A DNA stretch of 15,336 nt from Octopus sinensis (Eukaryota), in contig NW_021825490.1 in assembly GCF_006345805.1 (NCBI RefSeq), positions 1-15,336 of the forward strand, read 5' to 3'. The position numbers were made by a program, and so were the translations under genes. Positions 1 to 10,435 of the stretch are shown here, piece after piece (the stretch's first letter is position 1; every line of letters begins with the position of its first letter). The notes below the pieces were generated by a model. The model ran no database searches. It had not been told where the DNA came from and worked only from the letters and a program-made list of their open reading frames with translations.

Positions 1-46
1 CTGTATACGCTCAGGTATATACATACATACCTACATACATACATAT

Positions 47-77
<31 letters not shown>

Positions 78-246
78 AATGCATGCATACACACCAACAC
101 ACATACAAAAGCACCGGCGCTCCGTCACATCGTGTTACTACATGGACCAGTCCGAAAACTGTTTCATAACTCTCCGCACCGAAATTCACGTCACGTATTA
201 CCCAATTGATTAAAACAACTCGGTGAGGTCTTTCCACCATATTGGC

Positions 247-460
247 AACAACAACAACAACTGCAACAACAACAACAACAATAACAATAACAATAACAAC
301 AACAACAATAACAACAGAATCACTAACAAAAACCAGTGAAAAACGACCACCAACAGCAAGTAACTACAGCAAGAAAAAACAGCCACAATAACAGTATCTA
401 CTACTACTACTACCACCACCACCACCACCCCCATTATAATATAATATAATAATAATAATA

Positions 461-509
<49 letters not shown>

Positions 510-749
510 GATAATAATAATAATGATAATAATAATGATAATAATAATAATAATAATAATGATAATAATAATAAATGTAATAATACATAATAATAATGAT
601 AGATAATAAATAATAATAATGAGATAATAATAATATAATAATGATAATAATAATAATGATAATAATAAACAATAATAATAATAATAAATAAATGATAATA
701 ATAATAATGATGATAATAACAATAACCAACAACAACAACTACAATAATA

Positions 750-815
<66 letters not shown>
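247..815. repeat. Compound (AAC)n/(AAT)n microsatellite with a short (TAC)/(CAC) stretch near 400-430
   Basis: Direct reading; source of the poly-I/L/Y ORFs at 210-877. Confidence 0.95.
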
Positions 816-817
<2 letters not shown>

Positions 818-825
818 TTCTTTTT

Positions 826-1001
826 GTTTCTTTACTACCCACAAGGGGCTAAACACAGAGGGGACAAACAAGGACAAATAAACGGTCGATTATACCGACC
901 CCAGTGCGTAACTGGTACTTAATTTATCGACCCCGAAAGGATGAAAGGGAAAGTCGACCTCGGCCGAATTTGAACTCAGAACGTAACGGCAGACGAAATA
1001 C
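826..1001 (-). mobile_element. tRNA-head SINE (family 1, tail type A) lacking the A-box part of the head
   Basis: Minus strand reads GTATTTCGTCTGCCGTTACGTTCTGAGTTCAAATTC (B box), then the core GAGGTCGACTTTCCCTTTCATCCTTTCGGGGTCGATAAATTAAGTACCAG, then the tail ...GTGGGTAGTAAAGAAA. Homologous to eight other segments here. The core resembles the Deu/Nin SINE domain. Confidence 0.9.
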
Positions 1002-1057
1002 GTTCTGAGTTCAAATTCCGCCGAGGTCGACTTTGCCTTTCATCCTTTCGGGGTCGA
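927..1057. repeat. SINE-derived fold-back inverted repeat: 59-bp arms (927-985 and 999-1057), 13-nt loop
   Basis: Manual reverse-complement alignment gives 57/59 matches. Confidence 0.93.
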
Positions 1058-1353
1058 ATAATAATATTGATTTCATCTATTTGCCACAAGGGCGAAGGAA
1101 TAAATGGCAAAGGCTATGCCTATAATAATTGGTACGTTGTGATCTGTAAGCAAAGATATAGACAAAAGGCTGCAAGCGATTGGAAAAGCATGTTCTTTAG
1201 AGTTCCTACAGAAAGTTTGGCTCTTAGAGATAGGAAAGATTATTAGGATCGTTCTACGTACTTGAAAGATTATCTGAAGCTAGCGGGTATCTAATGTTCC
1301 CGCTACTTACATAAATTCTGGCAGGAATATGACCGATAATCAATAATAACGAT

Positions 1354-1463
1354 AATCCTTTCTATTATAAGCAGAGGGCCTGAAATTTTTTTGTGGGGAG
1401 CCTGCTAATAGATTTCACCTATCACAGTTCGTAACTGGTGCTTGTTTCATCAGCCTCGAAAGC
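1354..1463 (-). mobile_element. Degenerate family 1 SINE 3' fragment (tail type B)
   Basis: AATCCTTTCTA...GGCCTGAAATTTT...GGGGAG...GTAACTGGTGCTT matches the tails at 2049 and 7668, but is strongly diverged. Confidence 0.65.
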
Positions 1464-1503
1464 ATTTTTACCCCCAAACTAACAATTTCAGCCAGTTCGC
1501 CGC

Positions 1504-1517
1504 CTTGATGATGATGG

Positions 1518-1553
<36 letters not shown>

Positions 1554-1656
1554 GGATGATGATGATGATGATGATGACGACGATGACGACGATGACGATG
1601 ACTGTGACGATGATGAGGACGATGATGATGACGATGATGATGATGATGATGATGAT
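1504..1656. repeat. (GAT)n microsatellite with GAC/GGT variants
   Basis: Direct reading; source of the poly-M ORF 1442-1831. Confidence 0.95.
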
Positions 1657-1804
1657 AAGGCCTGAATTTTTGGGGAAAGGGATTAAATCGATTACATCGA
1701 CCCCAGTGCGTAACTGGTACTTATTCAATCGACCACAAAATAATGAAAGGCAAAGTCGGCCTCGACGGAATTTGAACTCACAACGTATCGACAGACGAAA
1801 TACC
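1657..1804 (-). mobile_element. Family 1 SINE downstream monomer (A-box-less head, tail type B)
   Basis: Starts GGTATTTCGTCTGTC on the minus strand, with B box, core and TTCCCCAAAAATTCAGGCCTT tail. Abuts the next copy with no spacer. Confidence 0.88.
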
Positions 1805-2034
1805 TATTCCTTTACTACCCACAAGGGTTAAACACAGAGGGGACAAACAAGGACAGACAAACGGATTAAGTCGATTATATCGACCCCAGTGTTTAACTGG
1901 TACTTATTTAATCGACCCCGATAGGATGAAAGCCAATGTCAACCTCGGCGGAACTTGAACTCAGAACGTAGCGGCAGATGAAATACAGCCAAGCATTTCG
2001 CCCGGCGTGCAAACGTTTCTGTCAGCTCGTCGCC
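1805..2034 (-). mobile_element. Full-length family 1 SINE monomer (tail type A)
   Basis: Minus strand starts GGCGACGAGCTGACAGAAACGTTTGC (A-box region), then B box GTTCAAGTTCC, core and tail GTGGGTAGTAAAGGAATA. Confidence 0.9.
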
Positions 2035-2048
2035 TTAATAATAATGGT

Positions 2049-2184
2049 AATCCTTTCTACTAAAGGCACAAGGCCTGAAATTTTTGGGGAGGGGACCAGT
2101 CGATTACGTCGACCCCAGTGTTTCAGTGGTAGTTATTTTGTTGACCCTCGAAAGGATGAAAGGCAAAGGTGACCTCGGCAGAAT
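2049..2184 (-). mobile_element. 5'-truncated family 1 SINE (tail type B)
   Basis: Core and tail match the 7668-7886 copy; head absent. Confidence 0.85.
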
Positions 2185-2549
2185 AATGACGACGACTACT
2201 GCGGCAATTACACGTAAACGAAATAGCAGCCAAATCTCACTCAAAACCATATTGTAACTCCTTAAAAATGCAGGGCGCTTTCTTGACCTGAGTAATTCTG
2301 CGAAAGTATGGATGTTCATGGATGGAACATCTTTCTCTATGGTTCTTTTCGATCGGAATTTATCAAATGTTAAACGACTACTGTAACGGAAATAACAATT
2401 ATAACAGCAGAAGTTACAGCAACAACAACAGCAATGGTAACACTAAGACAGGATGCATGGTCATAGTTGGAACGCCATTGGGGAAAAAATCTCGCCAACA
2501 ATTGTGTTGTTGAAGTTCACGATCAGCAGACTTTCCTCCCTAATAATTA

Positions 2550-2580
2550 ATGACGATAATAAGAGTAATAATTGGGATGT

Positions 2581-2613
<33 letters not shown>

Positions 2614-3500
2614 CAACGGTGGTGATTGCAGTGGTGGTATGGAGGACGTGATTGTGTCAGTAATACTGATGATTATGATGATGATGTAGTTAGTGATGGG
2701 GATAATGACAGGGCCAGTGGTGATGATGTTGATAATGATGATGATGATGATGATGGTGATGGTGATTATGATGATGGTGATGATGAGGATGATGGTGATG
2801 ATGATGTAGTGATGACGATGATTATGATGATGATTTTGGCAGTGATGGTAGTGATGATAATGATGGTGATGATGATAATTTTGATGATGATGATGATGAT
2901 GATGGTGGTGATGATGATGGTGGTGGTTGTGGCGGCGGCGATGGTGGTGGTGGTAGGAATTATAATTATCATGACGATGATGATGATGACGATGATGATG
3001 ATGATGGTGATGACGATGATTATGATGATGATTTTGGCAGTGATGGTAGTGATGATAATGATGGTGATGATGATAATTTTGATGATGATGATGATGATGA
3101 TGATGGTGGTGGTTGTGGTGGCGGCGATGGTGGTGGTGGTGGTGGTAGGAATTATAATTATCATTACGATGATGATGACGATGATGATGATAATGGTGAT
3201 GGTGACGGTGGTGGTGATGATGAGGATGATTATGATGATGGTGATTTGGCAGTGATCGTAGTGATGATAATGATGGTGATGATGATGATAATGATAATGA
3301 TAATTTTGATGATGATGGTGATGATGATAACGACGACGACGACGACGATGACGGCAGTGAGGACGATGATGCTGCCGCCGCCATCGCCGCAGTCGCAGTG
3401 GCTGTTAACGTCAGCGTCGTCAATGTCGCTTCAGCTGCTGACGACGACGACGACGATGATGTTGTTGATAGTGATGATGATGATGATGATGATCACGACA
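2550..3500. repeat. Complex (GAT/GGT/GAC)n tract containing a ~200-bp higher-order repeat (about 2.5 copies, 2810-3320)
   Basis: Anchor TTTGGCAGTGAT(G/C)GTAGTGATG ends its TTTGGC at 2840, 3038 and 3250. Anchor GTAGGAATTATAATTATC starts at 2953 and 3145. Confidence 0.9.
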
Positions 3501-3829
3501 ATGAAAAGAAATGAAGGCGGGTATCAATTGATTAAAAAATTATTCTAATCAAACGTTCAGTTGATTGACTGATTAAACGAATTGAAAGCAATCAACTGAA
3601 TCATCTCTCCCCCACTATCTTTCACTCCCCCGGCTTGCATTCCCTCTCGCACTTCTTATGGTGATTGTTGTGGTTGTTGTCGTTTCATCTGTTTCTTCTT
3701 CATCTTCTTTTATTGTTGTTGTTGTTTTATTGATTCTGAACGAAATTAGATGAATAACACCCTAACCCTTCCACATTCACATCGACCGGCACAACAATAG
3801 CATCACTAGAACTGCTGCCGCTTCTACAA

Positions 3830-3900
3830 AAACAACCACCGCCGCCATCCCGACCACGACCACGACCACCACCACCGCCACCGCCACCACCACCACTATC
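3830..3900. repeat. (ACC/GCC)n low-complexity tract
   Basis: Direct reading; gives the poly-G ORF on the minus strand. Confidence 0.8.
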
Positions 3901-4052
3901 ACCAACGCCAACACAGTCCCAAGAAAACATGTAAATTAACAATAGGAATAAAAAAAAATACAACTATAAATAAAAATCGGAATAAAACAGAAACGTGTGT
4001 GCAGCATTCAAATAAAATGGGACAGTCTTTACATCAATATTTGTATTCGGCA

Positions 4053-4373
4053 AGTATATATACACATGTATGTATGTATGTACATACATACACCCATCCA
4101 TACACACACACACATATAAACATATAAACATATTTATGCATACATAAATACATACAGATATGTATATATATATATATATATACATATATATATACATATA
4201 TGTATATACATATATATATACATATATGTATATACATATATATATGCATATGCATATATATGTATCTAGGTATATATACATATATATATATATATATACA
4301 TACATATATATATATACAAGCATATATATCTATATATCTATTTCTATACCTATCTATCTCTCTCTCTCTCTCT

Positions 4374-4424
<51 letters not shown>

Positions 4425-4437
4425 ACTTATATATATG

Positions 4438-4501
<64 letters not shown>

Positions 4502-4509
4502 ATATATAT

Positions 4510-4551
<42 letters not shown>

Positions 4552-5030
4552 GCATACATATATTGACGGAGGTACTAAATGCGAAAAGGGAAGGAAGCAG
4601 AAGAGACAGACAGAAGGATAAACATTGACACACACATACACACACGCACACACACACACACACACACACAAACAAAAACACACACACACACACATATATA
4701 TGCCGACGTGCATACAGACCGACAGACAAGCACATATACACACCGTTCATAAACAAACACACAAACAGTCTATAAAAATAGATAATTAGATAAGTAGGCA
4801 GACAACAAGAAGTAGAGAAAGATAAGCTGTGAAGACAGATCGTAAAAAAACAAAAAAAAAACAAAATAAAAATCACACACACACACACACACGTGTATAT
4901 ATATATATGTATATATATGCGGGAGATGACAGAAGCTAGTTATAAAAATACCTATAGATGTATATATAAATTTATAGAGAGACAGGTGCACATGGCAGAT
5001 CGATAAATACCCGTACGTCTCTCTATATGA

Positions 5031-5075
<45 letters not shown>

Positions 5076-5199
5076 TGAGATATATGGATGTGTTTGTATA
5101 TAGAGAAACAGGCGTTGAACAATGGGCTGTTAGGCAGCCAGATAGACAGACAGGGATATAGAGAGACTGAGAGGTCGGTAGCTTGGTAGGTTTGGATCG

Positions 5200-5241
<42 letters not shown>

Positions 5242-5383
5242 GTATATAAATACATGCACACACACGCACACATGCGCGCATACACATATGCATGTGTGTA
5301 CATGTGTGTGTGAGTATGTGTGTGTGCACGTATATATGTGGGGGGAGATTAAGTATAGATTAATCTATAGGCAGTTACAATAC

Positions 5384-5425
<42 letters not shown>

Positions 5426-5462
5426 CTATCTTTCTCTATAGCTATCTATCTATCTATCTTTC
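4053..5462. repeat. Cluster of (TA)n, (CA)n/(TG)n and (TATC)n microsatellites with short unique spacers
   Basis: Direct reading: (TA) 4053-4560, (CA) 4628-4760, (GT) 5035-5072, (CA)/(TG) 5201-5340, (TATC) 5384-5462. Confidence 0.92.
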
Positions 5463-5764
5463 TACCTACCGAGGTTACCGTGGTCTTTTCCGTAGGCTTT
5501 TCTTTCCACGGGTAAACCTCACCTGTCCCCCCCTTTACACTTCATATTGACATTTCTGTGATTACGATCCCTATTGATCCACTTTTTTTCCTCTCCCCCC
5601 CTTTTTAAAATCCTCCCCTTTTTTTGTCCTCTTTCTTTCCTTTTACGATCCCTTTTGATCGAAAACCAACCCCCTTTTTTTACCCCAAAAGAAAAGCTCT
5701 ACCTTGTAATTTGTTCTGTCTGTGTGCAGCCCTGTGTGGCTAATAAAGAAACATATCTATCCCT

Positions 5765-5880
5765 ATGTATGTATGTATGTATGTATGTATGTATGTATGT
5801 ATGTATGTATGTATCTATGTATGTATGTATCTATGTATCTGTCTATCTACTATATCTATCTATTTATCAATAAGCGTATG

Positions 5881-5914
<34 letters not shown>

Positions 5915-5934
5915 TGTATGTATGTATGTATGTG

Positions 5935-5969
<35 letters not shown>

Positions 5970-6154
5970 GTTTATCTATCTATCTGTCTGTTGTCTGTCT
6001 ACACACACACACACATATGTACGTATATATATGTATATACACGTATAATATATATGTATGTATTTGTATATGCATGTATATGTATATGTGTAGATACATG
6101 CGTGTGTATATATATCTATTCATATACACACACGCACACACGCACACACACACA

Positions 6155-6198
<44 letters not shown>

Positions 6199-6230
6199 CA
6201 AGCGGAATAATCAATTGGGATATATATAAT
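5765..6230. repeat. Compound (TATG)n/(TATC)n/(CA)n microsatellite
   Basis: Direct reading. Confidence 0.92.
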
Positions 6231-6516
6231 ATATAGACAAGTCTCTGTAATGTAATTATCACAATAGCACCGTAAGCACTTGACATTTCTACATCCGTCT
6301 GTTTATTACAGCCAATCATGTGGCTTTTAGAAGGTTTCTGCCTTTGCCGTCTCTTATTGTCTTTTTGACATTTTGTTTCGTTTCTGTTTGTTCTCTGTAT
6401 TGTTTTCTTTATCTTATTATTGTTTTGTGACAAAAGGCGGCTAGCTAGCAGACTCATTTGGAGTGATAGGAACCTTTGGTTAGGTGTTCCGTTTCGTTAC
6501 GTTCTTCGTCCACATT

Positions 6517-6812
6517 GGATCTTTTCGGTTTGACCGGCAGTTTTTTTTAAATAATTTCCACGTAGCTAACACTTTTAAACTTCGTATACTGTTAGAATGT
6601 GTTTATAAAACATCTTTTTCTCTTGGCTTTATTGAGAAAATTCTATAGTTTGTAAGATATTTGTTGTTTTTTTTCTTCAATTTCTTCGATTTCAACCAAT
6701 CAATGACGTCCATTGCGGTAAAAAAACATTCTGTGCCGTATGAATATGTCCCTCGTTTAAGAAACAGATTGGGTTTATTTACATTTGTGAAGAAAAAAAG
6801 ACACCCTTTCCA
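6517..6812. mobile_element. Probable one-ended fragment of an interspersed octopus repeat (possibly MITE-like)
   Basis: Starts GGATCTTTTCGGTTTGACCGGCAGTTTTT and resembles a repeat I recall from octopus DNA. No second copy or partner TIR in the window, so it cannot be verified here. Confidence 0.35.
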
Positions 6813-6990
6813 CACATACATATATGTGTGGGGGTCATTGTTTACGTGCTTGTTTCCCACCACCCCTTGACAGCCGGTGTTGGTGTGTTTATGTCCCCGT
6901 AATCTAGCTGTTCGCCAAAAGAGACATGTAGAAAACGCACCAGATTTTGGCAAGCCCTTTACCTCCTTAGGGGTCAATGGGCCGCTGTAG

Positions 6991-7342
6991 TCACGAGCAG
7001 AAGTAGTGGGGAGCATCATAGCCATGTGTTGAGAGGGATTCTTTGGGGTTGGAATAATTCACTCCTGGAAACATGGGTGCTTCATTCAACATCTTTAAAC
7101 AAACCTGATTCAGGAACCTTTTGTGTGGGATGGGCTACTTGACTTGAAGAAAATTCTAACTGGGCCCCACCTGCAATGTCATGTGCTGTTTATCTTGATA
7201 TGAGATCACCATGTCACGCACATATGGTTGTGATGCATGTGCCTGGTGTACCCTTATCAGACGGGTAGTCATGATGGGTATACTGGGCTTCGTATAATTT
7301 TACTCCAGTGTCACTTTGATGGCATGAACTGCTCTCTCACTC
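6991..7342 (+). mobile_element. Interspersed repeat family 2 (retroposon-like, (AAT)n tail), copy A
   Basis: Aligns with 9485-9800 and 10959-11037. All end near GATGGCATG...CTCTCTCACTC followed by a trinucleotide tail. Confidence 0.85.
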
Positions 7343-7376
<34 letters not shown>

Positions 7377-7418
7377 TAATAATAAAATAATAATAATAAT
7401 ATAATAATAATAATAATC
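7343..7418. repeat. (AAT)n tail of family 2 copy A
   Basis: Direct reading. Confidence 0.9.
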
Positions 7419-7667
7419 ATTGTCGCTCCGATCGGTTTCGGCGTATTAGTGTTTGAAGTAGAGGACTTAAGTTAGAGAGAGTATTAGAAAGGAAAATGTG
7501 TGTATATGTGTTTGTGTGTTTGCGCTGACAGACAATAGTCAAAGGGCGTTGACAGCAGTAATTATAATGGCAAGAACTGTTATCACGTAATCACACCAGC
7601 ACCACTACTACTACTACTACTACCACTACTACTGCTGCTGCTGCTGCTGCTACATATTAATAATGAT

Positions 7668-7886
7668 AATCCTTTCTACTGAAGGCAAAATGCCTGAAAA
7701 TTTGGGAGAGGGGACTAGTAAATTACATGCCCCCTCCCCAGTGTTCCACTGGTGCCTAATTTATCGACCCCGAAACGATAAAAGGCAAAGTCGACCTCGG
7801 CGGAATTCGAACTCAGAACGTAAGGACACACGAAATACTGCTAAGTATTTTGCCCGGCATGCTAACGATTCTGCCAGTTCACCGCC
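7668..7886 (-). mobile_element. Full-length family 1 SINE (tail type B); best-preserved head in the window
   Basis: Minus strand GGCGGTGAACTGGCAGAATCGTTAGC...GTTCGAATTCCGCCGAGGTCGAC...AGTAGAAAGGATT, flanked by AAT-rich sequence on both sides. Confidence 0.92.
7802..7876 (-). promoter_or_regulatory. Internal RNA polymerase III promoter of the SINE (A box 7866-7876, B box 7802-7812)
   Basis: TGGCAGAATCG is close to the A-box consensus TRGCNNARYGG; GTTCGAATTCC fits the B-box consensus GTTCRANNC. Confidence 0.7.
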
Positions 7887-7887
7887 T

Positions 7888-7906
7888 TAATAATAATAGT
7901 AGTGAT

Positions 7907-7941
<35 letters not shown>

Positions 7942-8020
7942 AATAATAATAATGATGGTGATGATGATGATGACGATGATGATGATAGTGATGATGGTAA
8001 TTTTAACAATCGTAATAATG
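7888..8020. repeat. (AAT)/(GAT)n microsatellite
   Basis: Direct reading. Confidence 0.9.
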
Positions 8021-8180
8021 ATAGCAATCCGATATCCTAGCTACGAATAAATAGGATGAGAGAAAATGAATGAGAAGAATGAAAGGAAAGAAAGAAAATG
8101 GAAGATGAAAGACAGGAACTTGCCAGGAACATAGAAAATGGGGATTGGTAAGAGATGAGGGCTTCATGGTGGTGGGGGCG

Positions 8181-8318
<138 letters not shown>

Positions 8319-8439
8319 GAGTAGATGAAGAAAGAGGACAAGAGCAACACAAACAATAGCCTGAAGGAAACAAAAGGATGTGGGATAATTCGCCAGAAGT
8401 AATACAAGAGTAACAAAGAAAAGGAAAAGAATCACCAGG

Positions 8440-8532
8440 AAGGAGGGAAGAAAGAAAGGAAGGAAGGAAGGAAGGAAGGAAGGAAGGAAGAAAGAAAGAA
8501 AGAATGGAAGGAAGGAAGGAAGGAAGGAAGGA
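8440..8532. repeat. (GGAA/GAAA)n polypurine microsatellite
   Basis: Direct reading. Confidence 0.92.
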
Positions 8533-8675
8533 AAATTTTGCGAAGAAGAACAGGGCAAGTCATACAAGGGACGACGTCAAAAGTAAAAACCACACTTAAG
8601 AAGGAAAATAGAATTTGAGAGAAAGGTTCAGTAAAGAATAAGAGCAAAAAGCCCATAAGAAATCGTAAGACTGGG

Positions 8676-8763
8676 TCGGCAGTTTTTAAATGCAGAACTT
8701 AAAGACGGACGAAATGTTGCTTGGCATTTTGTCCGGCACTGTTATGATTCTGCCACCTCGCCG
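8676..8763 (-). mobile_element. Diverged family 1 SINE head fragment
   Basis: Minus strand CGGCGAGGTGGCAGAATCATAACAGTGCCGGACAAAATGCCAAGCAACATTTCGTCCGTC aligns with the head at 7820-7886. Confidence 0.7.
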
Positions 8764-9049
8764 CATTGATGGAATACCAGGTACTGGGCCTCATGGCTTA
8801 TGATCGTAACTGATTTGAAGTTTTGTCATGTAGCGATTTCATCCAATATATAATAGTTTTTGAATGATGAAAACCGATTATTCTTTATAAAATATCGGAC
8901 ATCTTACCCCCAAACGTACCCCATTGCCTTAAAATGTTACACTATCATCAGCCAGTGGCTCTCAAGGCTTCTGATCTTAACTGATTGGAAGTGTAATCAT
9001 GTATGTTTTTTTCTTGGTGTAAAACGTGAAGTACAGCAAATATTCTACG

Positions 9050-9050
<1 letters not shown>

Positions 9051-9146
<96 letters not shown>

Positions 9147-9389
9147 CGCTCAGTCGAAGTCGACTCTCGGTTACTCGATGGATCAGTGTCCTCCAGTCAG
9201 TTCTATCCTGGGCCGCTTCTTTCAGATTGACTATGTCCATTCCGGTATCACTCTTGATGGTATCAAGCCAGCGGGTTCTTGGTCGGCCTCTTCCTCTCTT
9301 GCCACTGATCATTCCGAGCATGATGTCCTTCTCCAGGGATTTTCTCCGCATATCATGACAGAAATATGCCGATCTATGCCAATCTACGC
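9051..9389 (-). mobile_element. 5'-truncated RTE-clade (BovB-like) LINE 3' end with (GATA)n tail and 12-bp TSD
   Basis: 9142-9366 translates to YFCHDMRRKSLEKDIMLGMISGKRGRGRPRTRWLDTIKSD...DRTDWRTLIHRVTESRLRLSG*, the typical RTE/BovB C-terminus. AATATTCTACGC occurs at both 9039-9050 and 9390-9401. Confidence 0.92.
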
Positions 9390-9484
9390 AATATTCTACG
9401 CAATACCAGAGATTTGCTTCTCAGGTGTTTGACTTTAACCAGCTGAGCATGTCCCTTGGTGGCTGACGATATGCGCATCTCTGA

Positions 9485-9838
9485 TCACGACCAGAAGTAG
9501 AGGGGCAGCATCATAGCCGTGTGTTGAAAGGGATTCTTTGTGGTCTAGAAACATGGGTGGGTCGTTCATCAACCTTAAACAACCCCAATTCAGGGGCCTC
9601 CCGAGGCAGTTCTAACTGGGCCCCAGAGAAAATTCTAACTACGCTGTTTATCTTGATATGATATCACTATGTCTCGCACATATGGTTGTAATGCATGTAC
9701 CTGGTTTACCCTTATCAGTCAGGTAGTCATGATGGGTATATTGGGCTTCGTATATTTGTGCCCCAGTGTCACTTTGATGGCATGCGTAACTCTCTCACTC
9801 ATTCAGTAACAACAACAACAACAACAATAATAATAATA
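9485..9838 (+). mobile_element. Interspersed repeat family 2, copy B, with (AAC)/(AAT) tail
   Basis: Aligns with 6991-7342 with internal deletions. It may extend further 5' across the RTE insertion. Confidence 0.82.
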
Positions 9839-10038
9839 TTTTTACTAAGGATACAAAGCCTGGAATTTTGGGGGAGGGTGCTAGTCGATTATATCGGCCC
9901 CAGTACTCAACTGGCACTTAATTTTTCGACCCCGAAAGGATAAAAGGCAAAGTCGACATCGGCGGAATTTGAACTCAGAACGTGAAGACGGATCAAGCAT
10001 TTTGTTCAGCGTACTAATGATTCTATCAGCTAGCTGAC
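9839..10038 (-). mobile_element. Family 1 SINE (tail type B), near full length with a small internal head deletion
   Basis: Head, B box (GTTCAAATTCC), core and tail align with 7668-7886. Confidence 0.85.
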
Positions 10039-10042
10039 TTTT

Positions 10043-10088
<46 letters not shown>

Positions 10089-10096
10089 TAATAATA

Positions 10097-10137
<41 letters not shown>

Positions 10138-10149
10138 TTAATAATAATA
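10043..10149. repeat. (AAT)n microsatellite
   Basis: Direct reading. Confidence 0.95.
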
Positions 10150-10362
10150 ATCTTTTCTACTGAATGCACTAGGACTGGAATTTGGGGGTGGGGACGAGTT
10201 GATTACATCGACCCCAGTGTTTCACTGGTACTTCATTTATCGACCCCTGAGAGGAGGAAAGGCAAAGTCGACCTCGGCGGAATTTGAGTTCAGAACGTAG
10301 CGACGGGCGAAATCCTGTTAAGCATTCGTCTAGCGTACAAATGATTCTACCAACTCACCGCC
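10150..10362 (-). mobile_element. Full-length family 1 SINE (tail type B)
   Basis: Minus strand starts GGCGGTGAGTTGGTAGAATCATTTG; core and tail present. Confidence 0.9.
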
Positions 10363-10372
10363 TTTTATCATG

Positions 10373-10432
<60 letters not shown>

Positions 10433-10435
<3 letters not shown>

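Noticed and set aside
2220-2234. 15-nt match GAAATAGCAGCCAAA with the 559-bp unit (12191-12205)
   Set aside because: The match does not extend on either side; chance or an unrelated repeat is likely in AT-rich DNA.
5201-5340. (CA)n followed by (TG)n as a functional hairpin or Z-DNA element
   Set aside because: Complementarity comes only from simple repeats, which are abundant throughout; nothing marks this instance as special.
7802-7886. SINE heads as tRNA genes
   Set aside because: A and B boxes are present, but there is no full cloverleaf and the heads run into SINE core and tail.
7657-7894. Possible TSD TTAATAAT around the SINE at 7668-7886
   Set aside because: Low-complexity, and the TT appears to belong to the SINE end in other copies, so it cannot be told apart from the (AAT)n context.
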